DNA from: the human T2T-CHM13v2.0 reference genome, Homo sapiens | DNA: 64,000 bases | Direction: 5' to 3' (one strand) | Assembly: GCF_009914755.1 (NCBI RefSeq) | Contig: NC_060948.1 | Shown: positions 1-11,674 of the stretch, piece by piece | Layout of the letters: every line of letters begins with the position of its first letter | How positions within the stretch are numbered: position 1 is the stretch's first letter | Notes under the pieces: model-generated | What the model saw: the letters and a program-made list of their open reading frames with translations, nothing else | Told to the model about the DNA's origin: nothing | Database searches by the model: none | Position numbers and translations under genes: made by a program

Positions 1-3000
1 CTTGAATTGATTTTTGTATAAGCTGTAATGAAGAGATCCAGTTTCAGCTTTCTACATATGGCTAGCCAGTTTTCCCAGCACCATTTATTAAATAGAGAAT
101 GCTTTCCCCATTTCTTGTTTTTGTCAGGTTTGTCAAAGATCAATTGGCTGTAGTTGTGTGGTATCATTTCTGAAGGCTCTGTTCCATTCCATTGGTCTAT
201 ATCTCTATTTAGGTACCAGTACCATGCTGTTTTGGTGACTGTAGCCTTGTAGTATAGTTTGAAGTCAGGTAGTGTGATGCCCCCAGCTCTGTTCTTTTGG
301 CTTAGGATCGTTTGGCAATGCAGTCTCTTTTTTGGTTCCATATGATCTTTAAAGTAATTTTTTCCAATTCTGTGAAGAAAGCCATTGGTAGCTTGATGGC
401 GATGGCATTGAATCTATAAATTACCTTGGGCAGTATGGTCATTTTCACGATATTGATTCTTCCTATCCATGAGCATGGAATGTTCTTCCATTTGTTTGTG
501 TCCTCTTTTATTTTAATGAGCAGTGATTTGAGCTCCTTGAAGAGGTCCTTCACATCTCTTGTAAGTTGGATTCCTAGGTATTTTCTTCTTTTTCAAGCAA
601 TTGCGAATGGGAGTTCACTCTTGATTTGGCTCTCTGTTTGTCTGTTATTGGTGTATAAGAATGCTTGTGATTTTTGTACATTGATTTTGCATCCTGAGAC
701 TTTGTGGAAGTTGCTTATCAGCTTAAGGAGATTTTGGGCTGAGACAATGGGGTTTTCTGAATATAGAATCATATCATCTGCAAACAGGGACAATTTGACT
801 TCCTCTTTTACTAATTGAATTCCATTAATTTCTTTCTCCTGCCTGATTGCCCTGGCCAGAACTTCCAACACTATGTTGAACAGGAGTGGTGAGAGAGACC
901 ATCCCTGACTTGTGCCAGTTTTCAAAGGGAATGCTTCCAGTTTTTGCACATTCAGTATGATATTGGCTGTGGGTTGGTCATAAATAGCTCTTATTATTTT
1001 GAGGTACGTCCCATCAATACCTAATTTATTGAGAGTTTTTAGCATGAAGGGCTGCTGAATTTTGTCAAAGGCCTTTTCTGCACCTATTGAGATAATCATG
1101 TGGTTTTTGTCTTTGGTTCTGTTTATATGTTGTATTACGTTTATTGGTTTGCATATGTTGAACAAGACTTGCATCCCCTGGATGAAGCCAACTTGATCGT
1201 GGTGGATAAGCTTTCTGATGTGCTGCTAAACTCGGTTCACCAGTATTTTACTGAGGATTTTTCCATTGATGTTCATCAGGGATATTGGTCTAAAATTCTC
1301 TTTTTTGTTCTGTCTCTGGCTGGCTTTGGTATCAGGATGTTGTTGGCTTCATAAAATGAATTAGGGAGGATTCCCTCTTTTTCTAATGATTGGAGTAGTT
1401 TCAGAAGGAATGGTGCCAGCTCCTCCTTGTACCTCTGGCAGAATTCGGCTGTGAATCTGTCTCGTCCTTGACTTTTTTTTGTTCATAGGGATTAATTATT
1501 GTCTCAAATTCAGAGTCTGTTATTGGTCTATTCAGGGATTCAACTTCTTCTTGGTTTAGTCTTGGGAGGGTGTATTTGTCAAGGAATTTATCCATTTCTT
1601 CTAGATTTCCTAATTTATTTGCATAGAGGTGTTTCTAGTATTCTCTGAGGGTAGTTACCATTTCTGTGGGATCGGTTGTGATATCCCCTATATAACTTTT
1701 TATTGTGTCTCTTTGATTCTTCTCTCTTTTCTTCTTTAGTAGTCTTGCTTAGCAGTCTATCAATTTTGGTGATATTTTCAAAGAACCAGCTCCCAGATTC
1801 ACTGATTTTTTGAAGTGTTTTTTGTGTCTCTGTCTCCTTCAGTTCTGCTCTGATCTTAGGTATTTCTTGCCTTCTGCTAGCTTTTAAATGTGTTTGCTCT
1901 TGTTTCTCTAGTTCTGTTAATAGTGATGTTAGGGTGTCAGCTTTAGATCTTTCATGATTTCTTATGGGCATTTAGTGCTATAAATTTCCCTCTACACACT
2001 GCTTTAAATGTATCCCAGAGATTCTGATATGTTGTGTCTTTGTTCTCATTGGTTTCAAAGAACATCTTTATTTCTGCCTTCATTTTCTTATGTACACAGT
2101 AGTCATTCAGGAGCAGGTTGTTCAGTTCCCATGTAGTTGAGCAGTTTTGAGTGAGTTTCTTAATCCGGAGTTTTAGTTTGATCGCCCTATGGTCTGAGAG
2201 ACAGTTTTTTATAATTTCTGCTCTTCTACATTTGCCGAGGTGTGCTTTACTTCCAACTATGTGGTCAATTATGGAATAAGTGTGATGTGGTGCTGAAAAG
2301 AACATATATCTGTTGATTTGGGGTGGAGAGTTCTGTAGATGTCTATTAGGTCCGCTTGGTGCAGAGCTGAGTTCTATTACTGGATATCCTTTTTAACTTT
2401 CTGTCTCATTAATCTGTCTAATGTTGATGGTGGGGTGTTAAAAAGTCTCCCATTATTATTGTGTAGTAGTTTAAGCCTCTGTGTAGGTCTCTAACGCCTT
2501 GCTTTATAAATCTGGGTGCTCCTGTATTGGGTGCATATATATTTAGGATAGTTAATTCTTCTCATTGAATTCATCCCTTTGCCATTATGCAACAGCCTTC
2601 TTTGTCTCTTTTGATCTTTGTTGTTTTAAGGTCTGTGTTATCAGAAATCAGGATTGCAACCCTTCCACCCCCCTTTTTTTCTATTTGCTTGGTAGATCTT
2701 CTTCCATCCATCTATGTTGAGTCTACGTGTGTCTCTGCACGTGAGATGAGTCTCCTAAATACAGCACACTGATGGGTCTTGACTCTTTATCCAATTTGCC
2801 AGTCTCTGTCTTTAATTCGAGCATTTAACCCATTTGTACTTAAGGTTGATATTGTTATGCTCGAATTTGATCCCGTCATTATGATGTTAGCTGGTTATTT
2901 TGCTCATTAGTTGATGCAGTTTCTTCCTATCATCGAAGGTCTTTAAAATTTGGCATGTTTTTGCAGTGGCTGGTACCAGTTGTTCCTTTCCATGTTTAGT

Positions 3001-4969
3001 GCTTCCTTCAAGAGCTCTTGTAAGGCAGGCCTGGTGGTGACAAAATCTCTCAGCATTTGCTTGTCTCTAAAGGATTTTATTTCTCTTTCACTTATGAAGC
3101 TTAATTTGACTGGATATGAAATTCTGGGTTGAAAATTCTTTTCTTTAAGAATGTTGAATATTGGCTCCCACTGTCTTCTGGCTTATAGAGTTTCTGCTGA
3201 GAGATCAGCTGTTAGCTTGATGGGCTTCCCTTTGTGGGTAACCCGACATTTGTCTCTGGCTGCCCTTAATATTTTTTCCTTCATTTCAACTTTGGCGAAT
3301 CTGACAATTATGTGTCTTGGAGTTGGTCTTCTCAAGGTGTATCTTTGTGGCGTTCTCTGTATTTCCTGAATTTGAATGTTGGCCTGCCTTGCTAGGTTGG
3401 GGAAGTTCTCCTGGATAATATCCTGCAGAGTGTTTTCCAACTTGGTTCCCTTCTCCCCAATCAGACGTAGATTTGGTCTTTTCACATAGTCCCATCCTTC
3501 TTGGAGGCTTTGTTCATTTCTTCTTACTCTTTTTTCTCTAAACTTTTCTTTGCACTTCATTTCATTCATCTGATCTTCAATCACTGATACCCTGTCTTCC
3601 AGTTGATTGAACCAGTTACTGAAGCTTCTGCATTCATTGTGTAGTTCTTGTGCTATGGTTTTCAGCTCCATCAGGTCATTTGAGGACTTCTCTACACTGG
3701 TTATTCTAGTTAGCCATTTGTCTTATCTTTTTTCAAGGTTTTTTAGTTTCTTTGTGGAGGGTTCAAACATCCTCCTTTAGCTTGGAGAAGTCTGAAGCCT
3801 TCTTCTCTCAACTCACCAAAGTCATTCTCCATCCAGCTTTGTTCCATTGCTGGTGAGGAGCTGCATTCCTTTGTAGGGGGAGAGGTGCTCTGATTTTTAG
3901 AATTTTCAGCTTTTCTGCTCTGTTTTTTCCCCATCTTTGTGGTTTTATCTACCTTTGGTCTTTGATCATGGTGACGTACAGATGGGGTTTTTGTGTGGAT
4001 GTTCTTTCTGTTTGTTAGTTTTCCTTCTAACAGTCAGGATCCTCAAGTCTGTTGGTATTTGCTGGAGGTCCATTCCAGACCGTGTTTTCCTGGGTATCAG
4101 CAGTGGAGGTGACAGAACAGCAAATATTGCTGAACAGCAAATATTGTTGCCTGATCGTTCCTCTGGAAGCTTCATTTCAAAGGGATACCCGGCCATGTGA
4201 GGTGTCAGTCTGTCCCTGCTGCAGTCTGTCCCTGCTGGGGGGTACCTCCCTGTTGGGCTAGTTGGGGGTCAGGGCCTCACTTGAGGAGGCAGTCTGTCCT
4301 TTCTCAGATCTCAAACTCTTTGTTGGGAGAGCCACTACTCTCTTCAAAGCTGTCAGATGGGAACTTTTAAGTCTGCAGAGGTTTCTGCTGCCTGTTGTTC
4401 AGCTATGCCCTGCACCCAGAGGTGGAGTCTACACAGGCAGGCAGGCCTCCTTGAGCTGTGGTGGGCTTCACCCAGTTCAACCTTCTGTGCCACTTTGTTT
4501 ACCTACTCAAGCCTCAGCAATGGCGGATCCCCCTCCCCCAGCCTTGCTGCCACCTTGCAGTTTGATCTTAGACTGCTGTGCTAGCAACGAGTGAGGCTTC
4601 ATGGGTGTGGAACCCTCCAAGCCATGCGTGGGATATAATCTCCTGGTGTGCCATTTGCTAAGACCATTGGAAAAGTGCAGTATTAGGCTGGGAGTGACCC
4701 GATTTTCCAGGTGATGTCTGTCATAGCTTCCCTTGGCTAGGAAAGGGAATTCCCTGATCCCTTGCACTTCCTGGGTGAGGTAATGCCTCGCCCTGCTTTG
4801 GCTCATGCTCAGTGACCTGTGCCCACTGTCCTGCACCCACTGTCTGACAAGCCCCAGTGAGATGAACCTGGTACCTCAGTTGGAAATGCAGAAATCAGCC
4901 ATCTTTGTCATCACTCATGTGAGAGCTGTAGACTGGAGCTGTTCCTATTCGGCCACTTGGAACCGCCCC
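1..4969 (-). mobile_element. LINE-1 (L1PA5-7-like) with intact 5' end, running off the left edge; ORF1 and ORF2 disrupted
   Basis: Reverse complement of the L1 start (GGGGCGGTTCCAAG-TGGCCGAATAGGAACAGCTCC) ends at 4969. ORF1 ATG at 3934 (MGKKQSRK), ORF2 ATG at ~2879, RT fragment with SLFADD in ORF 593-1174. Many stops and frameshifts. Confidence 0.96.
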
Positions 4970-5397
4970 AAATTTTCTTTAAGACAATTTACAAGAGACC
5001 AAGTAGGACATTCAATTCTAGTAAGAGAGATCATTCACTGAGAATCTATAAATATATGAAAGTTTTCTCAAACACATTAAGTAAACATTGACAAAATTGA
5101 AGCCAAAATTGACAGCAATATAATAATGGAAGGGTACATCAATATCCCGCTTTTAGGAATAAATAAAACAAGACAGAATATCAATAAGGGAAGGAACAAG
5201 TTGAATGCACTATGCAATAATTACACCTAACAAATATATATAGAAAACTGAACACACATTCTTTTCAATAGCTAACAAATCATTTTGTGAGGTGGACCAC
5301 GTGTGACACCACAAAAGACTTCATAATTTTTTAAATTAAAATTTTACAAGTATTTATAGTGCAAATGCAATAAAACTAGAAATTCGTAACAGAGAAA

Positions 5398-5401
<4 letters not shown>

Positions 5402-5445
<44 letters not shown>
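5402..5445. repeat. (TG)22 microsatellite at the tail of an Alu
   Basis: Perfect TG run, read directly. Confidence 0.97.
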
Positions 5446-5446
<1 letters not shown>

Positions 5447-5449
<3 letters not shown>

Positions 5450-5774
5450 TTTTTGAGATGGAGTATCACTCTGTCCCTAGGCTGGAGGGCATTGACACAA
5501 TCTCAGCTAACTGCAACCTCTAACTCCCGGGTTCAGTCAGTTCCCCAGCCTCACCCTTTTGAGTAGCTGGGATTAAAGGCATGCAAACCACCGTGTTTCC
5601 TGAGTAGCTGAGAATACAGTCACACAACCATAAAGTACAAATATTTTTTATAGTTTAGTAGAGACAGGGTTTCACCATGTTGTCCAGGATGGTCTCAATA
5701 TCCTGAAGTCTCCATACACCCTCCTCAGCATCCCAAAGTGCTGAGAGTACAGGCATGAGTCACCACACCTGGCC
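5447..5774 (-). mobile_element. Alu (AluS-like, diverged, with a small internal duplication of the gagtagctg segment)
   Basis: ttttgagatggagt...cccaaagtgctg...caccacacctggcc. Confidence 0.92.
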
Positions 5775-6661
5775 AACAACACATTTTGAGCATGCTCTTC
5801 TTAAGAGTTGGAAGACATAATATTGTGATGTGTCCATGCTTCTTCGTGGCTTAATGTAACCCACATATAAAACATGACCCTTTTCAGTTTTAAATTTGAG
5901 TTTTCCAAAAATAGAAAAAAATTCACAAAATTATGTAAGATCTTAAGGGACCACGGAAAGCCTGACAAACTTTAAAAAGAAGAAAAATATTAGAAGCATT
6001 ACACATAATAATTTCCAAACACACACATACAAAAATCTAGAGTAATCAAAGCACTTTGGCACTGGTAGAATAAAGGTAGAATACGAAGTAATGAAATAGA
6101 ATGCAGCACAAACATATACTCTTGCATAGAGAGGAGAGATATGTCACCTAGCTTTTACATTCAGCCGTATGTCACAATTCTTTTGGGCTGAGGATGCAGG
6201 CAAGAGAGGAGGGTTACATTACTTGGACATTAGTTTCAGTGGTATTTCAAAATGTTCTCTGGGGGCAGGGCACAGGCAGGAGAGACAAACCACGCATCTG
6301 ATAGACCCAGATAGTTGTGATTATATCCCCTGTTACCAGGGCCCAGGCAGAAGAGGCACATTATTATGATTCTGACCTAGCGATATGTAACAATGCACCC
6401 ATGGAAAGTAATTTGAGGCAAAAAGTCTCAATACCACGATACTAGGCCAGTGATATGACACCATCCCTTCATCTTTGAGGATGACTTTAACCTTTAGCTG
6501 AGCATGTATATTAGAGTCACAATCTCACGTGTGTGCTGGACCAATGTATTACACTCTCAAAAACATCTAAGGGCTTTATAAAACCCGTGTGAGAGTTTCA
6601 AACCTCTCTGAGGCCTATTTGCTCATATGGACTCACGGTCTTACCTATCATCCTAAACTGA

Positions 6662-7044
<383 letters not shown>

Positions 7045-10000
7045 AGGAACACCTATTATTATGCCTGTGGGCTCGGTTCAGAAATAAGTCACCATCCCAT
7101 CTGTGTCCAGATCCAAATAAAAAAAAAAAAGGTCCAATTTCAAATTTGTGATGTATTCCCTCATTAGACTCAGAACTTCTACAGTGGGCATTATAAATGT
7201 GGGATGGTGACAACTTTTAATTTCATCTGGGTGTGTAAATGAGAGTCCCATTCTGAACTTTTTGCCAGGCCCTGTTATAAAGCTCTCTACCAGCAGAGTT
7301 TATACAATATAAGTTAGTGTTGTAGACTTCTGTGAGCTTGGAAAAATATGCAACCCAGGACCTTACTTATTGCCCTAAGCCTAACACTGAGAGGCAAAAG
7401 ATTTTTTAATTGGCTGAATCCAAATATAAGTTTAATCATTATGCCTGTGAACTGAAGAAAGGCATATGTCATAATCCCATATATGAGCAAAAAACTAGGC
7501 AGAAGGGTAACATCACTTAGACGCTTTGCCAGGCAATATGTAACAATGCTTTTTCCATGTCTGGTATAAGAAATTGGGTCAAATTAACTGGGTGCTGGAC
7601 CCATCATTATGACACCATCCCACATGCAGAAAAAACCCAGTCAAGTTATGAGAGCCAAAACACCTAGATAATGGACTTAAGATATGTCAAAATACCTTCA
7701 TTGGCTCAAGAACGGGCAGGAGAGTCACATCATAAGGGTGCTTGGCCCAGCAATATGCCATATGTCATAATTTTCTCTCTATGCAGAACCAAGGTTGTAG
7801 AGTGACATCATCTGGGCTATGGACCCTGGAATAGGTCAAAATTTCATTTATTGTGGCATAATTCAGGAAAAAAGGGAGAGTCACATATTGTGAGTGCTGG
7901 GCTTAGTAATGTGCCCAAATCCTCCTACTGTGAATGCCCAGGCAGAAAAAGAGTCACATCACTTAGGTCATGGGCTCAGAGATATGTCACAATGTCCCCA
8001 GGATGCAGGACTCAGGCAGATGACAAGAGCCGTATCACTTATGTTCTTTCCATGGAATATGTCACAGGTAATATGTGGTCAGAAAGCAGGCAGAATAGCC
8101 ACATCACTTGGGTGCTGGGTCCTGAGATATAGCACAAGGCTCTCTTAAAACAGCCCCCAGCAGAGAGAGCTACATCACCTAGGTGCAGTTTCTCTGCTTA
8201 TGCCACAATGTTCCATGTGGGTAGGGCCCAAAAAAGGAGTCACTTCACCTAGGAGATAGGTCCAGAGATATATCACAATGTCCTCTATGAAGCATAGCCC
8301 TGGCAAAAGAGTACTACTACTTATGTGCATGGCCAAGAAATATTTCACCTCGAGGTTGGCAGGTCCCAAGCAGGAGAGCCACATCTCCTAGGTGATAGGT
8401 CCAGAGTTATGTCAAAATGCCCTCCTTTGGGCAAGGCTCTGCCAAAAGAGTATCCTTGCCTGTGGGCCTGGCCTTGCAATATGTCACTATCCTTCCTTTG
8501 TGCACGGCCCATTCCAGAGAAAGGAGTTACATCACCTATGAGGTGGACACAGAAATATGTCACTATAATTTGGGTGGGCATGGCACAGGCAAGAATGTAA
8601 CATTACTTGGGTGCTAGATCCAGTGATATATCACAATCCTTACTGAGAGAGGGGCCTATGAAGGAGAGTCATATAACTTAGAGTTTGGCCTAAGTAGATA
8701 TCAGAATCCCATATATGGACTAGGACCACCCTGGAGACTCAAATTACACAGGAGCTTGGCAAAAATTTATATCAAAATCACATTTTCAGAAAATTCCAAA
8801 GGTGAGATTTACAATACCACACATCTTGCTTTTATGTGTGACAACTGGCTTAATCCTTGTGAAATAATGACAGTCCTTACACACGGCTCGGTGTGTATAC
8901 AGGACTCACAATTTCACCTGTGTGCCAAGCCCTGCTTTGATGCTGTCTGTATAAACTAAAGACCTTGTAAAATATGTGGAGTGTTGTAATCTCTTGTGAT
9001 CTTTGCAGAAAAAGGAGATCCAAGACATCACGCATGTCCCTAAAGTTAGTTATGAGTCAAAATATTTTCTATTGGCTGAGCCCACATATGAGAGTCATAA
9101 TTCCTGTGAGCCATGCCTAGTATATGCTACAATTCCCTCTGTGGTTATGAAGCAGGCAGAACAGCCACATCACCTAAATACTGGGCTAGAAATATTTCAA
9201 TATTCTCTTAATAGGCAGGGTACTGTCAGAAATTTTACATAACTTGTGTTCTAGGTTCAGCTATGTGGTACAATGTCATTTGTAGCAGTATCGAGGCAGG
9301 AGGGGAGAGTTATATGACCTAAATCGTGGGCCCAAATATATGTCACAGTGCCTCATTTTGGCAGGGCCCAAGCAAGAAATTCATATCATTTGGATACAGT
9401 GTTTAGAAAAGCTACAATTACCAAAGGAAGCAGGGTCCAGGCAGGAAAGGAGAGGCATGTAAGCTATAATATGTGTCCAGAAATATGTTAACAATTCCCC
9501 CCTGCGGACACTGTTAAGATAACACAAGCAATCATTAATATGTGCGGCACAGTTATTTGTCAAAATCTCATTTATGGGCTATACAGAGGCAGAAATACTA
9601 AGTCAGTCAGCAGCTGGGCAAAAGTACTTGTCACAATTACCAGGCATATGAGTTGTTATTAGACTTTTGTAATTTTCTCTGGTATATTGCATAATATCAA
9701 CTGTGGCCATAGAGAAGGCAAGAAAGTCACGTCACCTATGTGGAGGTGGCACCAGTGAGATGTCACAATCCACCTTCTGGGCAGGACCCTGGCAGAAAAG
9801 CCACATCACCTTTATGCTGACTGCAGTGACATATCCAAATCCCGTCTGTGGGCAGGACTGTAGCAAGAGAGGACACTCATTTGACCTAAGGAATTTATCT
9901 AGATATGTCTCACAATGTCTTTGATGTGCAGTACCAATGTTAGAGAGTGCCTTCACATTGTTTCTGGGTCCAGCAACAGGCCACAATCTCCGTGTGGTCA

Positions 10001-10693
10001 GGGCCTAAGCAAAAGTGAAGAAACATCACCTACATGCTGAGCCAAGTGATGTGTTACATCACTTCCTGTTGGCAGAACCCAAAAAGGAGAATCACATCAC
10101 CTGTGTGCAGTACCCACTTCTGTGTCACAGTGCACTGTAAATGAAGGACCCAGGCAGCAGAAGGGATTCACATCACTTCCATGATGGGCTCAGATATGGC
10201 CCAATGTCACAAGTAGCCAAGGCTCAGGCAGAAAGAGAGAGTCATATTACATAGGTGCTTCTTTTTGCATATATCACAAATTAATATGTGGGCAGAAACC
10301 AGGCTAAAGAGCCACATCATCTGGTCCTGGGCCCTGACATGTTCATAAGTCCCCCTTAGAACAGGACCCAGACAAGAGAGTTATATCACCTAGGTGCAGA
10401 TTCCACCCTTATATCACAAAGATCCATGTGGACAAGGCAAAGCAAGAAGTCATATAATCTAGGTGATAGGCTCAGAGATATGTCATAAAGCCTTCTTTAA
10501 AGCATGGCCCTGGCAAAAGAGTACAATCACTTTTGTGCCTGGCCTGGCAATGTGTCACTATTCAAGTGGGCAGGTCCCAAGCAGAAGAGCCATATCACCT
10601 ACATGATAGGCCTATGATATGTCAAAATGCCCTCTTGTTACATGACCCTGGCATCCTCTTCTAAGTGATGGACACAGTGAAATGTCACAATGA

Positions 10694-11674
10694 TGTTGAG
10701 GGAAATCAGGGACCCCGAACAGAGGGACTGGCTGAAGCCATGGCAGAAGAACATAAATTGTGAAGATTTCATGGACATTTATTACTTCCCCAATCAATAC
10801 TTTTACAATTTCCTATGCCTGCCTTTACTTTAATCTCTTAATCCCATCATCTTCATAAGCTGAGGATGTATGTCACCTTAGGACCCTGTGATGATTGCAT
10901 TACCTGCACAAAATGTTTGTAGGGCAGGTGTGTTTGAACAATATGAAATCTGGGCACCTTAAGAACAGGGTAACAGCGATTTTCAGGGAACAAGGGAGAT
11001 AACCTTAAAGTCTGGCGGCCTGTGGGCTGGGCAGGACAGAGCCATATTTCTCTTATTACTGAAAACGGGTAAGATAAATACCGCTGAATTCTTTCCCCAG
11101 TAAGGAATATTAATAATTAACAGCCCTGGGAAAAGAATGCATTCCCAGGGGGGAACATCTAAAATGGACACCCTAGGAGTGTCTGCCTTATGCAGATATA
11201 GATAGGGATGAAATACACCCTAGTCTCCAGCAGCATCCCCAGGCGTGCTAGGATTAGGACATGCCAGCCTGGCAAAATCTAGTCAGACCGGTTCTCTGCC
11301 CTTGAACCCTGTTAAGATGACAATGCGTGCACAGCTGGACATGGACGTTCATTAGTGATTCTAATGTTGCCCTGATCTCATGATCTCACCCCGACCTTCT
11401 GCCTTGTGATCTTTTGTTGACCTTGAAGCATGTGATCTCTGTGACCCACACCCTATTCATACACTCCCTCCCCTTTGAAAATTGCTAATAAAACCTTGCT
11501 GGTTTTATGGCTCAGGGGGCATCAGGGAACCTGCCGACGTCTGATGTCTCCCCCGGATACCCAGCTTTAAAATTTGTCTCTTTTGTACTCTTTCCCTTTA
11601 TTTGTCAGACCAGCCAACACTTAGGGAAATAGAAAAGAACCTACGTGAAATAACATTGAATTATCGGGGGTGGG
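10694..11674 (+). mobile_element. MER11 solo LTR (HERV-K HML-8), 3' terminus missing
   Basis: Starts TGTTGAGGGAAATCAGGGACCCC...GGCTGAAGCCATGGCAGAAGAAC; AATAAA at 11487-11492; ends ...gaaaagaacctacg...ttatcgggggtggg. Confidence 0.88.

Larger units (their letters stand above)
4970..6130 (+). mobile_element. Old L1M-type ORF2 fragments, interrupted by an Alu; inverted paralog of 48175-54560
   Basis: Degenerate L1-like text (agacagaatatcaataagg, acacattcttttcaatag, aaaactagaaattc); its reverse complement matches 48175-48317, 53250-53350 and 53700-54560. Confidence 0.6.

Noticed and set aside
9700-9725. gtggccataga (VAIE), resembling the start of a KRAB-A box
   Set aside because: No FS.EEW or LYR.VMLENY continuation; the context is satellite.
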